Origin: Acidimicrobiia bacterium
GTDB lineage: Bacteria; Actinomycetota; Acidimicrobiia; Spongiisociales; UBA11373
Assembly (NCBI GenBank): GCA_016215655.1
Contig: JACRIT010000004.1
Location: 13,492-77,491 of the forward strand
Length of the DNA: 64,000 bases
Reading direction: 5' to 3'
Made by a program: the position numbers and the translations under genes
The notes under the pieces: generated by a model
Seen by the model: only the letters and a program-made list of their open reading frames with translations
What the model was told of the DNA's origin: nothing
The model's database searches: none
Shown here: positions 1-8,762 of the stretch, piece after piece
How positions within the stretch are numbered: the stretch's first letter is position 1
Layout of the letters: every line of letters begins with the position of its first letter

Positions 1-65
1 CGATGGGTCTCTCGCTGGTGTTCAAGGAGTGGGATCTGGGAGCGGAGCTCGAAACGTGCGGGTGA
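1..65 (+). CDS. 3' end of a CDS entering from the left edge (product unknown)
   Basis: The frame ...MGLSLVFKEWDLGAELETCG-TGA has GC3-rich codons and is followed by intergenic repeat DNA. Confidence 0.4.
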   Translation, partial: MGLSLVFKEWDLGAELETCG

Positions 66-88
66 GGGGCAAGGGGGAAGGGGCTAGG

Positions 89-175
89 GCGGACCGCAAT
101 TCGCAATTCGCAATTCGTCAGGAAGAGCGAAGGACGAAGAGCGAAGGCGAAGGGGTCGCGTCGGGTTCCGGCACC
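89..175 (+). repeat. (CGCAATT)3-GTCAG-(GCGAAG..)n composite repeat, inverted partner of 1554-1633
   Basis: gcggacc(gcaattc)3gtcagg..gcgaag..ggtcgcgtcgggttccggcacc closely matches the reverse complement of 1554-1633. Confidence 0.85.
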
Positions 176-216
176 CGGTGCTCGGCACCCCTGGCCTCTG
201 GCACCTGGTGCCTGGT

Positions 217-672
217 TCAGCCCTCCAGGCAGCGCCGAATCTGGTCGGCGTGGTCATGGGGATGGCTGGCGTAGATGCTCAACCAGTCATCCACCGAATA
301 CGGTCCGGACTCCGAGTGGCTGCCGCTGCGGTCCCATTCCTCTGGGGTGAGTCGTTCGAGGAGTTCCAGGCTGGCGGCGCGGACCGCCGCCACCACAGCC
401 AGCGAGGCCGCAATGGGCCGGTCGTAGTGCAGCCGGCGGGCGAACTCCGCCTCGTCGTAGCCGACGATGACGGCGTCGTCTTCGGCAATGAGGCGCCGCA
501 ATCGGATGTACGCCGTGGCCTCGCTGTCGGCGAGGTGGTGCACCACCATGCGCGCCGACCAGTCGTCGCTGGCGGGGCGCCGGTCGAGATCGGCCTCGGT
601 GGCTCCGGTGAGCGCATCGGCGACGGCTTCGTATCCGGTGCGGTAGCGCTCGAGAAGGGCGATGCGGTTCAT
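217..672 (-). CDS. DinB family protein
   Basis: 151 aa with WSARMVVHHLADSE and C-terminal H-x3-H (HPHDH), as in DinB/YfiT four-helix metalloproteins. Confidence 0.85.
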   Translation of the reverse strand: MNRIALLERYRTGYEAVADALTGATEADLDRRPASDDWSARMVVHHLADSEATAYIRLRRLIAEDDAVIVGYDEAEFARRLHYDRPIAASLAVVAAVRAASLELLERLTPEEWDRSGSHSESGPYSVDDWLSIYASHPHDHADQIRRCLEG

Positions 673-1505
673 GCCGGGATCATCGCAGGCGGGCCTTCAT
701 CCCGCAGGTAGCGGTACAGGCAGCCCACCGAGACTGCGGAGAGGAGATGCCACAGGGCGTGGCCCTGGATCAGGCTCGTGGGCTCACACCACACGCCACC
801 GGTGCGGGACAGGTTCCAGACGATGAAGGCCACGCCGAAGGCGCCGAGCCCTGCCCAGAACCACGGCATGCGCCGCGCATCGATGCGCACCGGAGCCCAG
901 GGGCGCAGTGCCGGCAGGCTCACCGCAGCCTCCACGATGAGGGTGACGGCGACGAACCCGGCGAAGAGGGTCTTGCCGTGCTCTGGCGGGAGGAGGAAGA
1001 CCGCCACCGAAAAGCCGGTGAACAAGGCGGCGAACCATCCCGTGAACCACGGCCAGGCCCTGGCATGGATGCGGGCGAGGTCGTAGGCGAGGATGAATGC
1101 CAGGAAGGCGTGCATCGAGACGACATCGAGGTACCCGCCCCAGGCGCGCATCGAGCCATGGAAGGCGAACGACCCCAGCCCGAGGAACACCCCGATGGCC
1201 CCGTACAGCACGGCATACCGGTCGTCGCCGGCGAGATGGGACGTACCCCGGCGCCTGCGCCCGGCGTCGAGGAGGACCATGAGACCGATCAGGGCGAAAC
1301 CGAGGTTCGACCACGAGTTGGCCGGCTGGGCGGCGATGCCCGGACCGATCGCCTCGCAGTAGCAGTCGCCGAGGCGGAGGCACTCGTCGGGTCCGCCGGG
1401 ATACCCGTCACGCGAGAGCGCCCACATCGCCGCGAAGAAGGCGGCGATGACCACGATGCCCACGAGGAAGGGGCGGAGTCGGCGCTTCTCTTCGCTTCGG
1501 GGCAT
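669..1505 (-). CDS. ceramidase-like (CREST superfamily) membrane hydrolase
   Basis: Multi-TM protein with YCE..QPANSWSN, SxxxH (GSFAFH) and HxxWH (HALWH) motifs; 4-nt overlap with the DinB gene. Confidence 0.75.
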   Translation of the reverse strand: MPRSEEKRRLRPFLVGIVVIAAFFAAMWALSRDGYPGGPDECLRLGDCYCEAIGPGIAAQPANSWSNLGFALIGLMVLLDAGRRRRGTSHLAGDDRYAVLYGAIGVFLGLGSFAFHGSMRAWGGYLDVVSMHAFLAFILAYDLARIHARAWPWFTGWFAALFTGFSVAVFLLPPEHGKTLFAGFVAVTLIVEAAVSLPALRPWAPVRIDARRMPWFWAGLGAFGVAFIVWNLSRTGGVWCEPTSLIQGHALWHLLSAVSVGCLYRYLRDEGPPAMIPA

Positions 1506-1553
1506 CGTGACGACGATAGGCGCCAGGCAACAGGTGTCGGGTCTCAGGTGTCA

Positions 1554-1633
1554 GATGCCCGAAACCGACGCGACCTCTTCGCCCCTCGCTCTTCGCCCTT
1601 CTGACGAATTGCGAATTGCGAATCGCGGTCCGC
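1554..1633 (-). repeat. composite repeat, inverted partner of 89-175
   Basis: gatgcccgaaaccgacgcgacc..cttcgccc..ctgacgaattgcgaattgcgaatcgcggtccgc. Confidence 0.85.
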
Positions 1634-1641
1634 TCTCGCCC

Positions 1642-2607
1642 CTACTGCTTCGTCCCCAGCGAGCCGTGCGGAATGGTCCCCAGCTTCCCTGCCTGGAAGT
1701 CCTCGAATGCCTGCACCAGCTCCGCACGGGTGTTCATCACGAACGGTCCATACCAGGCAACCGGTTCGCGGATGGGCCGGCCCCCGAGGAGCAGCACGTC
1801 CACCTGGGGGCTGCGCGACTCCTGCCGCGCCGCCGCCGTGATCGTGATCGCACCGCTGCCGCCGAAGACGGCGAGCTGGCCGTCGCGGATCGGCCGCATC
1901 TCCGGGCCGACCGTGGCCTGGCCATTCAGCACGTAGGCGAGGGCGTTGAACTCGTCGGACCACGGCAAGCTGAGCTTTGCCCCGGGGCTGATCGTGGCAT
2001 GGATCATCGTGATCGGGGTATGGGTGTCGCCCGGTCCGGCGTGGCCATCGAGGCCTCCGGCGATGAGCCGGATCACGGAACCACCGTCGGCGGTGGTGAG
2101 AAGCGTGACCCCGGTGGCGCGAATGTCCTGGTACCGAGGTGCCAGGAACTTGTCGCGAGCCGGCAGGTTCACCCACAGCTGGAAGCCGTGGAAGAGGCCG
2201 CCGGACATCACGAGGTGCTCGGGGGGCTTCTCGATGTGGAGGATGCCGGAGCCGGCGGTCATCCACTGGGTGTCGCCGTTGGTGATGACGCCCCCGCCCC
2301 CATGGGAATCCTGATGTTCGAAGATCCCATCGATCATGTAGGTGACGGTCTCGAACCCCCGATGCGGGTGCCACGGGGTCCCCTTGGGCTCGCCGGGGGC
2401 ATACTCGACCTCGCCCATCTGATCGAGGTGGATGAAGGGATCGAGCAGTGCCAGGTCGACGCCGGCAAAGGCCCGCTTCACCGGGAATCCCTCGCCTTCG
2501 AAGCCCGACGGCGCGGTGGTCACCGACACCACGGAGCGTTCGCCGCGGTCACTCGGGGTGGCGATGCGAGGGAGCGTCAGCACGTTATTTGGGGTAATGG
2601 CGGGCAT
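1642..2607 (-). CDS. pirin family protein
   Basis: DPFIHLD, WHPHRGFETVTY, QWMTAGSGILHIE and GPFVMN pirin motifs. Confidence 0.95.
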   Translation of the reverse strand: MPAITPNNVLTLPRIATPSDRGERSVVSVTTAPSGFEGEGFPVKRAFAGVDLALLDPFIHLDQMGEVEYAPGEPKGTPWHPHRGFETVTYMIDGIFEHQDSHGGGGVITNGDTQWMTAGSGILHIEKPPEHLVMSGGLFHGFQLWVNLPARDKFLAPRYQDIRATGVTLLTTADGGSVIRLIAGGLDGHAGPGDTHTPITMIHATISPGAKLSLPWSDEFNALAYVLNGQATVGPEMRPIRDGQLAVFGGSGAITITAAARQESRSPQVDVLLLGGRPIREPVAWYGPFVMNTRAELVQAFEDFQAGKLGTIPHGSLGTKQ

Positions 2608-2804
2608 CGATGCTCCCGGAGAGTCGGCACCGTCTCAACCCGGATGGATCGCGCGCCATTCCCGGGGGACCGTCGGCCTGTGGACAACTCGAGGTCGAAC
2701 CCCACGGTTGTGATTCGCGGGCGCGGATCACGTACAGTCGGGCCGATGGGGACGGGGGCGTCCCCGGCCGAGGACATTTCGACTCACCACCGGAGGGAGA
2801 CGGC

Positions 2805-4025
2805 ATGGGGAGACAGGGTCGATGGCTGAAGCGCTTCGCGCTGCTCGCAGCGGTGTCGCTCGTCGTTGCCGCGTGCGGGGACGATGACGGCGAAGCGCCT
2901 GAGGACTTCAAGTTCGGCATGATCCTCGTTGGTCCGCAGAACGACCAGGGTTGGTCGCAGGCGCACTACGAGGCGGGGTTGTACGTGGTCGAGCAACTGG
3001 GCCTGCCCGCCGACGCGATGATCGTCCTGGACAAGGTGAACACGGCGGATCGCCCGGAGACCTCGATCGAATCGGTCGTGGACGAGATGGTCGCAGGCGG
3101 TGCGCAGATGATCTTCGCCACGTCGGATGACATGAAGGACGGCATCGAAGCTGCGGCAGCGCAGCATCCCGACATCCCGATGATCTGGTCATCGGGTGAC
3201 AGTGCCTGGGCTGACGGCAAGGGCTATCGCGCCGATCTCACCAATCTCGGCAACATCATGGGGCGCATGGAGTACGCCAAGATGATTGCCGGGTGCGCGG
3301 CGGCGCTGACCTCGCAGACCGGGAAGCTCGCCTACCTCGGTCCATTGATCAACGATGAGACCCGCAGGCTGGTGAACTCCGCGTTCCTTGGGGCGCGGTA
3401 CTGCTGGGAGAACTATCGGGAGCAGGATCCGAGCACGCTCGGTTTCGAGGTCAAGTGGATCGGCTTCTGGTTCAACATCCCCGGATTCACCCTCGATCCG
3501 ACCCAGGTGACGAATGAGTTCCTGGCGTCCGGTGCCGATGTGGTCATTTCGGGAATCGACACCACCGAGGCGATCGTGCGGGTCGGCCAGGCGTTTGCCG
3601 CCGATGAGGCCGTGTGGGCCATTCCCTACGACTTCAGAGGCGCGTGCGCAGCCGCTCCTGCTGCCTGCCTTGGGGTTCCGTACTTCAACTGGGGGCCGTC
3701 GTACGTCGATGCGATGCAGTCGGTGATCGACGACGAGTTCGAGGCGACCTGGTTGTGGCTCGGTCCGGACTGGGACGACATCAACAATCCCGACACGAGC
3801 GCGGTCGGCTGGGTGTCCGGTGAAGGACTCTCCGCCGAGGCGTCGGCCAGCCTCGACGACTTCATTGCCGGACTCGGCAGTGGCGACATCGAGCTGTACC
3901 GCGGGCCGTTGAACTGGCAGGACGGTTCCGTCTTCCTCACCGATGGTGAGGAGGCGACCGACTTCCAGATCTGGTACGCCGAGCAGCTGCTCGAGGGCAT
4001 CGTCGGCGCCAGCGCCGCCGAATAG
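2805..4025 (+). CDS. BMP family ABC transporter substrate-binding lipoprotein (purine/nucleoside-type)
   Basis: Lipobox LVVAAC; NDQGWSQAH and YFNWGP motifs; GGAGGGAG RBS before ATG 2805; first gene of an ABC operon. Confidence 0.9.
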   Translation: MGRQGRWLKRFALLAAVSLVVAACGDDDGEAPEDFKFGMILVGPQNDQGWSQAHYEAGLYVVEQLGLPADAMIVLDKVNTADRPETSIESVVDEMVAGGAQMIFATSDDMKDGIEAAAAQHPDIPMIWSSGDSAWADGKGYRADLTNLGNIMGRMEYAKMIAGCAAALTSQTGKLAYLGPLINDETRRLVNSAFLGARYCWENYREQDPSTLGFEVKWIGFWFNIPGFTLDPTQVTNEFLASGADVVISGIDTTEAIVRVGQAFAADEAVWAIPYDFRGACAAAPAACLGVPYFNWGPSYVDAMQSVIDDEFEATWLWLGPDWDDINNPDTSAVGWVSGEGLSAEASASLDDFIAGLGSGDIELYRGPLNWQDGSVFLTDGEEATDFQIWYAEQLLEGIVGASAAE

Positions 4026-4036
4026 CGAATGGGCGT

Positions 4037-4067
4037 CGTCCGGGGCCGGTGTCACCGGCCCCGGACG
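4037..4067 (+). terminator. perfect 15-bp inverted repeat after the binding-protein gene (transcript-stabilising or attenuating hairpin)
   Basis: cgtccggggccggtg-t-caccggccccggacg; no U tract. Confidence 0.6.
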
Positions 4068-4090
4068 GCCGCCACGTCGCACCGCCGTCG

Positions 4091-5551
4091 ATGAGCCTCG
4101 TACTTCGCAACATCCACAAGCACTACGGGTCGGTGCGCGCCAACGATGGCGTCGACCTCGAGATCGCTCCCGGGGAGTTGCACGGTCTCCTCGGCGAGAA
4201 CGGCGCGGGGAAGTCGACCTTGATGAAGGTCGTCTCGGGCTTCATCGCCGCCGACTCGGGGTCGATCGAATTCGATGGCGCACCCCTTGGCGTCGCCTCG
4301 CCTCGCGTCGCATTGGAGCACGGCATCGGGATGCTCCATCAAGATCCTCTCGTCTTTCGTCCCTTCAGCGTCCTCGACAACTTCCTGCTGGGGAGCGCGG
4401 GCGGTGTGTTGGTCGATCGCAAGGGCGGGCGTTCGTCGCTCGCCGAGATGGCGGCCCGTTATGGGTTCGACTTCGACCCCGATGCCGATGCCCGCAGCCT
4501 CACGGTGGGCGAGCGCCAGCAACTCGAGATCACCCGCCTGCTGTGGCGCGGCGCCAGGGTGCTCATCCTCGACGAGCCGACCACCGGGATCTCGGAGCCG
4601 CAGCGGGTCAAGCTCTTTGCGGTACTGCGCCAGCTCGCCGCCGAGCGCCTGATCGTGATCTTCGTGTCCCACAAACTCGAAGAGGTCGAGGCACTGTGTC
4701 ACCGGGTCACGGTGATGTCCCGGGGCAGGGTGGTGGGGCGGCGCGAGCTCCCCACGCCGCGTCATGACCTGGTTCGACTCATGTTCGGCGACATCACGCT
4801 GGGCGGGGCCCGGCCGGAGGTCACCCTCGGCGATCCGGCGCTGAGCCTGCGCGGTGTGGCCGCTCGCACGCGCGGCGCTCCCCTCCATGCCGATCTCACC
4901 GTGCGTCGTGGCGAGGTGCTCGGGTTGGCGGGTCTCGAAGGCAGCGGTCAGCGCACCTTCCTCCGGCTGTGCGCCGGGCTCGACCCGGTGGGCTCGGGAA
5001 CGATCGTCATCGGCGGTCATGATCTCGCCGGCAAGCCGTACCGCCGGTTCCTCGACGCCGGTGTGCACTACATCCCGGCGGGACGGCTCGAGGAGGGACT
5101 CATCGCCGGTCTCTCGGTGGCCGAGCACTTCGAATTGGTGGGACCCAATCGGTCGTTCATGGTGGATCGCGGCGCCGCCGACACCCTTGCCGCCGAGCGG
5201 ATCGCCGAGTTCTCCATCAAGGGGGAGGCGGCGACGACGGCCGAGGCGCTGTCCGGGGGAAACCAGCAGCGGTTGCTCATGGCCATGGCCCCGGACCATC
5301 CGGTGCTCCTGCTCATGGAACACCCCACCCGGGGCCTGGATCTCGGCTCGGCGCAGTGGGTGTGGGACCGGATGCTGCGGTCGCGCGCCGGCGGCACCGC
5401 GATCGTGTTCGCCTCGTCCGATCTGGAGGAGCTGCAGCGCTACAGCGACCGCATTGCGGTGTTCTACGAGGGCAGGATCATCGCGGTCATCCCGGCGTCG
5501 ACGGCGACCAGCTCATCCCTGGGGCTGCTCATCGGGGGAGTGGTGTCGTGA
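4091..5551 (+). CDS. ABC transporter ATP-binding protein (CUT2, duplicated NBD)
   Basis: GENGAGKST, LILDEPT and LSGGNQQR motifs. Confidence 0.95.
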   Translation: MSLVLRNIHKHYGSVRANDGVDLEIAPGELHGLLGENGAGKSTLMKVVSGFIAADSGSIEFDGAPLGVASPRVALEHGIGMLHQDPLVFRPFSVLDNFLLGSAGGVLVDRKGGRSSLAEMAARYGFDFDPDADARSLTVGERQQLEITRLLWRGARVLILDEPTTGISEPQRVKLFAVLRQLAAERLIVIFVSHKLEEVEALCHRVTVMSRGRVVGRRELPTPRHDLVRLMFGDITLGGARPEVTLGDPALSLRGVAARTRGAPLHADLTVRRGEVLGLAGLEGSGQRTFLRLCAGLDPVGSGTIVIGGHDLAGKPYRRFLDAGVHYIPAGRLEEGLIAGLSVAEHFELVGPNRSFMVDRGAADTLAAERIAEFSIKGEAATTAEALSGGNQQRLLMAMAPDHPVLLLMEHPTRGLDLGSAQWVWDRMLRSRAGGTAIVFASSDLEELQRYSDRIAVFYEGRIIAVIPASTATSSSLGLLIGGVVS

Positions 5552-6588
5552 AGCGACTGCGATCCGCACCCCTCGCCCTCGCCGCCGCTCTCGGAGCGAT
5601 CGTCGTGATCCTGTTCGCCGCCGGAGCGCCGCCGCTCGAGGCGATGCGGGTGATCTTCGAGGGTGCATTCGGCACCACCGATCGCCTCGGCGCCACGCTG
5701 ATGGCGTGGACCCCACTGGTGCTCGCCGCCGCCGGACTCCTCATCACCTTCCAGGCCGGCCTGTGGAACATCGGGGTCGAAGGCCAGATCGCCATGGGGG
5801 CGATCGGAGCAGCCTGGATGGCGCGCTCGGTCGAGGGGCCTTCGCTGGTCGTGGTCCCCCTCACCCTGATCGGTGGCGCGGTGTTCGGCGCGGCCTGGGC
5901 GCTCATCCCTGCCTGGTTGCGTACGCGCTTCCGGGTCCACGAGATCTTCTCCGGGGTGGCGCTCTCCTTCGTCGCCGCTGCGATCGCGGTCTATCTCATC
6001 ATCGGACCCTGGTCGCGCACCGGGGTGGCGTCGACGAGCGGCACCGACATCTTCGACCCGCGGGCGTGGCTGCCGACGATCGGTTCGTGGCGGGCGTCAC
6101 CGGTCGGCATCGGCGCGGCGGTGGCGGCGGTGGCCGCGGTTCTGGTGTTGCTGCGCGGCTCTCGGTTTGGCCTTCGCATCCGGGCGGTCGGGCGCAATGC
6201 GGAGAGCGCCCATCTCCTCGGCATCCCCACGCAGCGCTACCTCGTCGCCGCCTTTGCGATGTGCGGGGCCCTGGCGGGAATCGCCGGGACCGTGCAGGCC
6301 ACCGGGTTCCACCACAAGCTGGTGCCGTCGATCTCAGGTGGTTACGGGTTCCTCGGGGTGCTCGTCGTGCTGCTCGCCGGCTTCCGGGCGCTGTGGATCG
6401 CCCCCATCGCGCTCTTCTTTGCGGCCATCCAGGTGGGCAGCACGCAGCTGTCCCTGCGGTTGGGCATCGACTCGTCCCTCGCCGGGGTCATTCAGGGGGC
6501 GCTCGTGCTCGTGGTGCTGATCGTCGGCGGCTTCCAGGTGTACTCGGCGGCGCGCGGCCCGGTCGTCACCGGCGAGGGGGAGGCCTGA
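5548..6588 (+). CDS. ABC transporter permease
   Basis: GLWNIGVEGQ and GYGFLG motifs; GTGA overlap with the ATPase gene. Confidence 0.9.
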   Translation: MKRLRSAPLALAAALGAIVVILFAAGAPPLEAMRVIFEGAFGTTDRLGATLMAWTPLVLAAAGLLITFQAGLWNIGVEGQIAMGAIGAAWMARSVEGPSLVVVPLTLIGGAVFGAAWALIPAWLRTRFRVHEIFSGVALSFVAAAIAVYLIIGPWSRTGVASTSGTDIFDPRAWLPTIGSWRASPVGIGAAVAAVAAVLVLLRGSRFGLRIRAVGRNAESAHLLGIPTQRYLVAAFAMCGALAGIAGTVQATGFHHKLVPSISGGYGFLGVLVVLLAGFRALWIAPIALFFAAIQVGSTQLSLRLGIDSSLAGVIQGALVLVVLIVGGFQVYSAARGPVVTGEGEA

Positions 6589-6589
6589 C

Positions 6590-7528
6590 GTGGAGGTGCT
6601 CGCCGGCGTCGTCGCTGCTTCGGCGCCCCTCATCTACGCCGTCGTCGGCGAGACGATCACCGAGAAGGCGGGGGTGGTGAACCTGTCGCTCGACGGAAGC
6701 ATCATGCTCTCGGCGATGGTGGGGTTTGCCGCTGCGGCGACCTCCGGGAGCGTCATCGTCGGTTTCGTGGCGGCGATCGCGGTGTCGATGACCATTGCCG
6801 GGGTGGTTGCCTTCTCCGGCATCGCGCTCCGTCTCAACCAGATCGCCGTCGGCTTCGTGCTGTTCCTCCTCGCCAAGCAGCTGGCGCTCTTCTTCGGCGA
6901 TCCCTACATAGGGCGGACCGGCCCCCAGGTGGCGGCGTGGGACCTCCCGCTGCTCTCGGACATCCCGGTGGTGGGAGAGGTCTTCTTCTCCCACAACCTG
7001 TCGGTGTACGGCAGTTTCGTCGCGGTCATCGCCACCGGGTTCTTCCTCGCCCGCACCCGTCGCGGACTCGAGGTGCGCGCCGTCGGGGAGCGGCCCGAGG
7101 CGGCGCACGCCCGCGGCATCCCGGTGAATCGGGTGCGGTACGCAGCCACCCTGGTGGGCGGTGCCTTTGTGGGAATGGCGGGGGCGGCGGTCTCCCTCGA
7201 CCAGATCGCCGGGTGGAGGGAGAACCTCACCGTGAACCTCGGTTGGATCGCTCTGGCCTTCGTCATCTTCGGTGGATGGAACCCATGGCGGGTGGCGCTC
7301 GCCTGCCTGCTCTACCGCGGCCTGCTGTTCGTGGCGGGGGAGTTCCAGGTGGAGTTCCCCGAGTTCGTGCAGGTGCTCACCCAGCTCCCCTTCCTGCTGA
7401 TGATCCTGGCCCTGACCGTCCTCAACACCGAGCGGTTCCGCGTCGTTGCCAGGCGGTTCCCGCGCTTGCGACCGTTCCTCGCCGGCGAGGCCCCTACGGC
7501 ACTGGGCACGACGTTTCATCCGGAGTGA
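6590..7528 (+). CDS. ABC transporter permease
   Basis: EKAGVVNLSLDG, RAVGERPEAA and GWIALAFVIFGGW motifs. Confidence 0.9.
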   Translation: MEVLAGVVAASAPLIYAVVGETITEKAGVVNLSLDGSIMLSAMVGFAAAATSGSVIVGFVAAIAVSMTIAGVVAFSGIALRLNQIAVGFVLFLLAKQLALFFGDPYIGRTGPQVAAWDLPLLSDIPVVGEVFFSHNLSVYGSFVAVIATGFFLARTRRGLEVRAVGERPEAAHARGIPVNRVRYAATLVGGAFVGMAGAAVSLDQIAGWRENLTVNLGWIALAFVIFGGWNPWRVALACLLYRGLLFVAGEFQVEFPEFVQVLTQLPFLLMILALTVLNTERFRVVARRFPRLRPFLAGEAPTALGTTFHPE

Positions 7529-7540
7529 GGAATCGCTCTA

Positions 7541-7715
7541 CCCGCTGCCCGCTGCCAGCTTCCGGCTCAAGACCTCGTTACCCGTTACCCGTTACCCGTT
7601 GCCCGTTGCCCGTTGCCCGTTACCCGTTGCCCGACCCGTGATCGTCCGGTACCCGGCACCCGGCACCCGGCACCCGGCACCATCTGGCATCTGGCATCTG
7701 GCATCTGGCATCTGG
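7541..7715. repeat. heptamer tandem-repeat mosaic: (GTTRCCC)8, (CCGGYAC)5, (CATCTGG)5
   Basis: Counted directly at 7577-7632, 7646-7680 and 7681-7715; preceded by cccgctg/ccagctt units. Confidence 0.95.
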
Positions 7716-7717
7716 TC

Positions 7718-8758
7718 TCACCGCAGCATGCTCTCCACGGCGTCCACCAGCGCTCTGATCCACGCTCGATCGTCGTCGTCGAGCCGGGCGATGCCCTGCA
7801 TGCCTTCGAGCGCCGCGATCGCTTCGGCGATGAGGTCGGGAGCGGGCACGGCGTCGACGAGGGAGAGGAGGGTGGCGACCGTGGCGGCATCGTCCGAACC
7901 CTCCCGGTCGAATCGCCATGATCGCGGAGGTGCCGTACAGGCCGCATCGATCAGGGCGGTCAGATGGTCGGCGAGCGCCGCCATCCGGGAATGGTCGAGG
8001 AGTTCGGGTCGATCGTGCGGAGAGTGGTACACAGCAGACCGACCACCCGTATAGAAGAGGTGGGGGATCCCTGCGGCGCGAAAGGCGAGGTGGTCGGACA
8101 GGGGAGTCACCACCCAGTCGGCGATGGGCCGGGGCACGATCCCGGCGATGTCGGGCACATGCACCGCCGGCACGAGACCCGGGGCGAGGTCGGCGCCGGC
8201 CACGAAGATCGTGGCCGCCACCTCGGTGGGTGTATCGGCCGTCCCGATGTCGTGGCCGACGAGGTCGAGGCAGATCATGAGCTCCACGTCGGACAGCGGC
8301 ACGGTGGGGTGGTCCACCCACCACTGCGAGCCCATGTCGGGCGAATCGAACCAGGGCGGTTCCTCGGCGTCGAAGGCGCAGACCAGGATGGAACGGCCGC
8401 GGCGGGTTTCTCTGGCCAACCGGCCCGCCACCTCGACGAGCACCGCCACCCCTGCGGCGTTGTCGTCGGCGCCGGGATGGATGGTGCCGGAGATCTCTCC
8501 GAGATGGTCGTAGTGGGCGCCGAACACCACCCAACCGGGGGCCTTGCCGGGGATGGCGCCGAGGACATTGGCGCCGGCCATGGCGGGGAGGAGTTGCAGG
8601 TACCCGTGCTCGCCCCTGGGTTCGAGACCGGAGGCTGTGAAGGCCTCCACGAGCATGGCGCGAGCCGCCGCGCCGCCTGGAGATCCAGCTGCTCGTCCGG
8701 CGAGTGCCGGGGCGCACAGGGCCTCCACGACGCGGCGCATTCGGTCGATGGGGGTCAT
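7718..8758 (-). CDS. M28 family zinc peptidase
   Basis: GAHYDH, GADDNAAGVA, FDAEE, SDH and YHSPHD motifs. Confidence 0.9.
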   Translation of the reverse strand: MTPIDRMRRVVEALCAPALAGRAAGSPGGAAARAMLVEAFTASGLEPRGEHGYLQLLPAMAGANVLGAIPGKAPGWVVFGAHYDHLGEISGTIHPGADDNAAGVAVLVEVAGRLARETRRGRSILVCAFDAEEPPWFDSPDMGSQWWVDHPTVPLSDVELMICLDLVGHDIGTADTPTEVAATIFVAGADLAPGLVPAVHVPDIAGIVPRPIADWVVTPLSDHLAFRAAGIPHLFYTGGRSAVYHSPHDRPELLDHSRMAALADHLTALIDAACTAPPRSWRFDREGSDDAATVATLLSLVDAVPAPDLIAEAIAALEGMQGIARLDDDDRAWIRALVDAVESMLR

Positions 8759-8762
8759 CGAT

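Noticed and set aside
7541..7715. CRISPR array
   Set aside because: The units are 7-bp tandem repeats without unique spacers, and there are no cas genes in the window.
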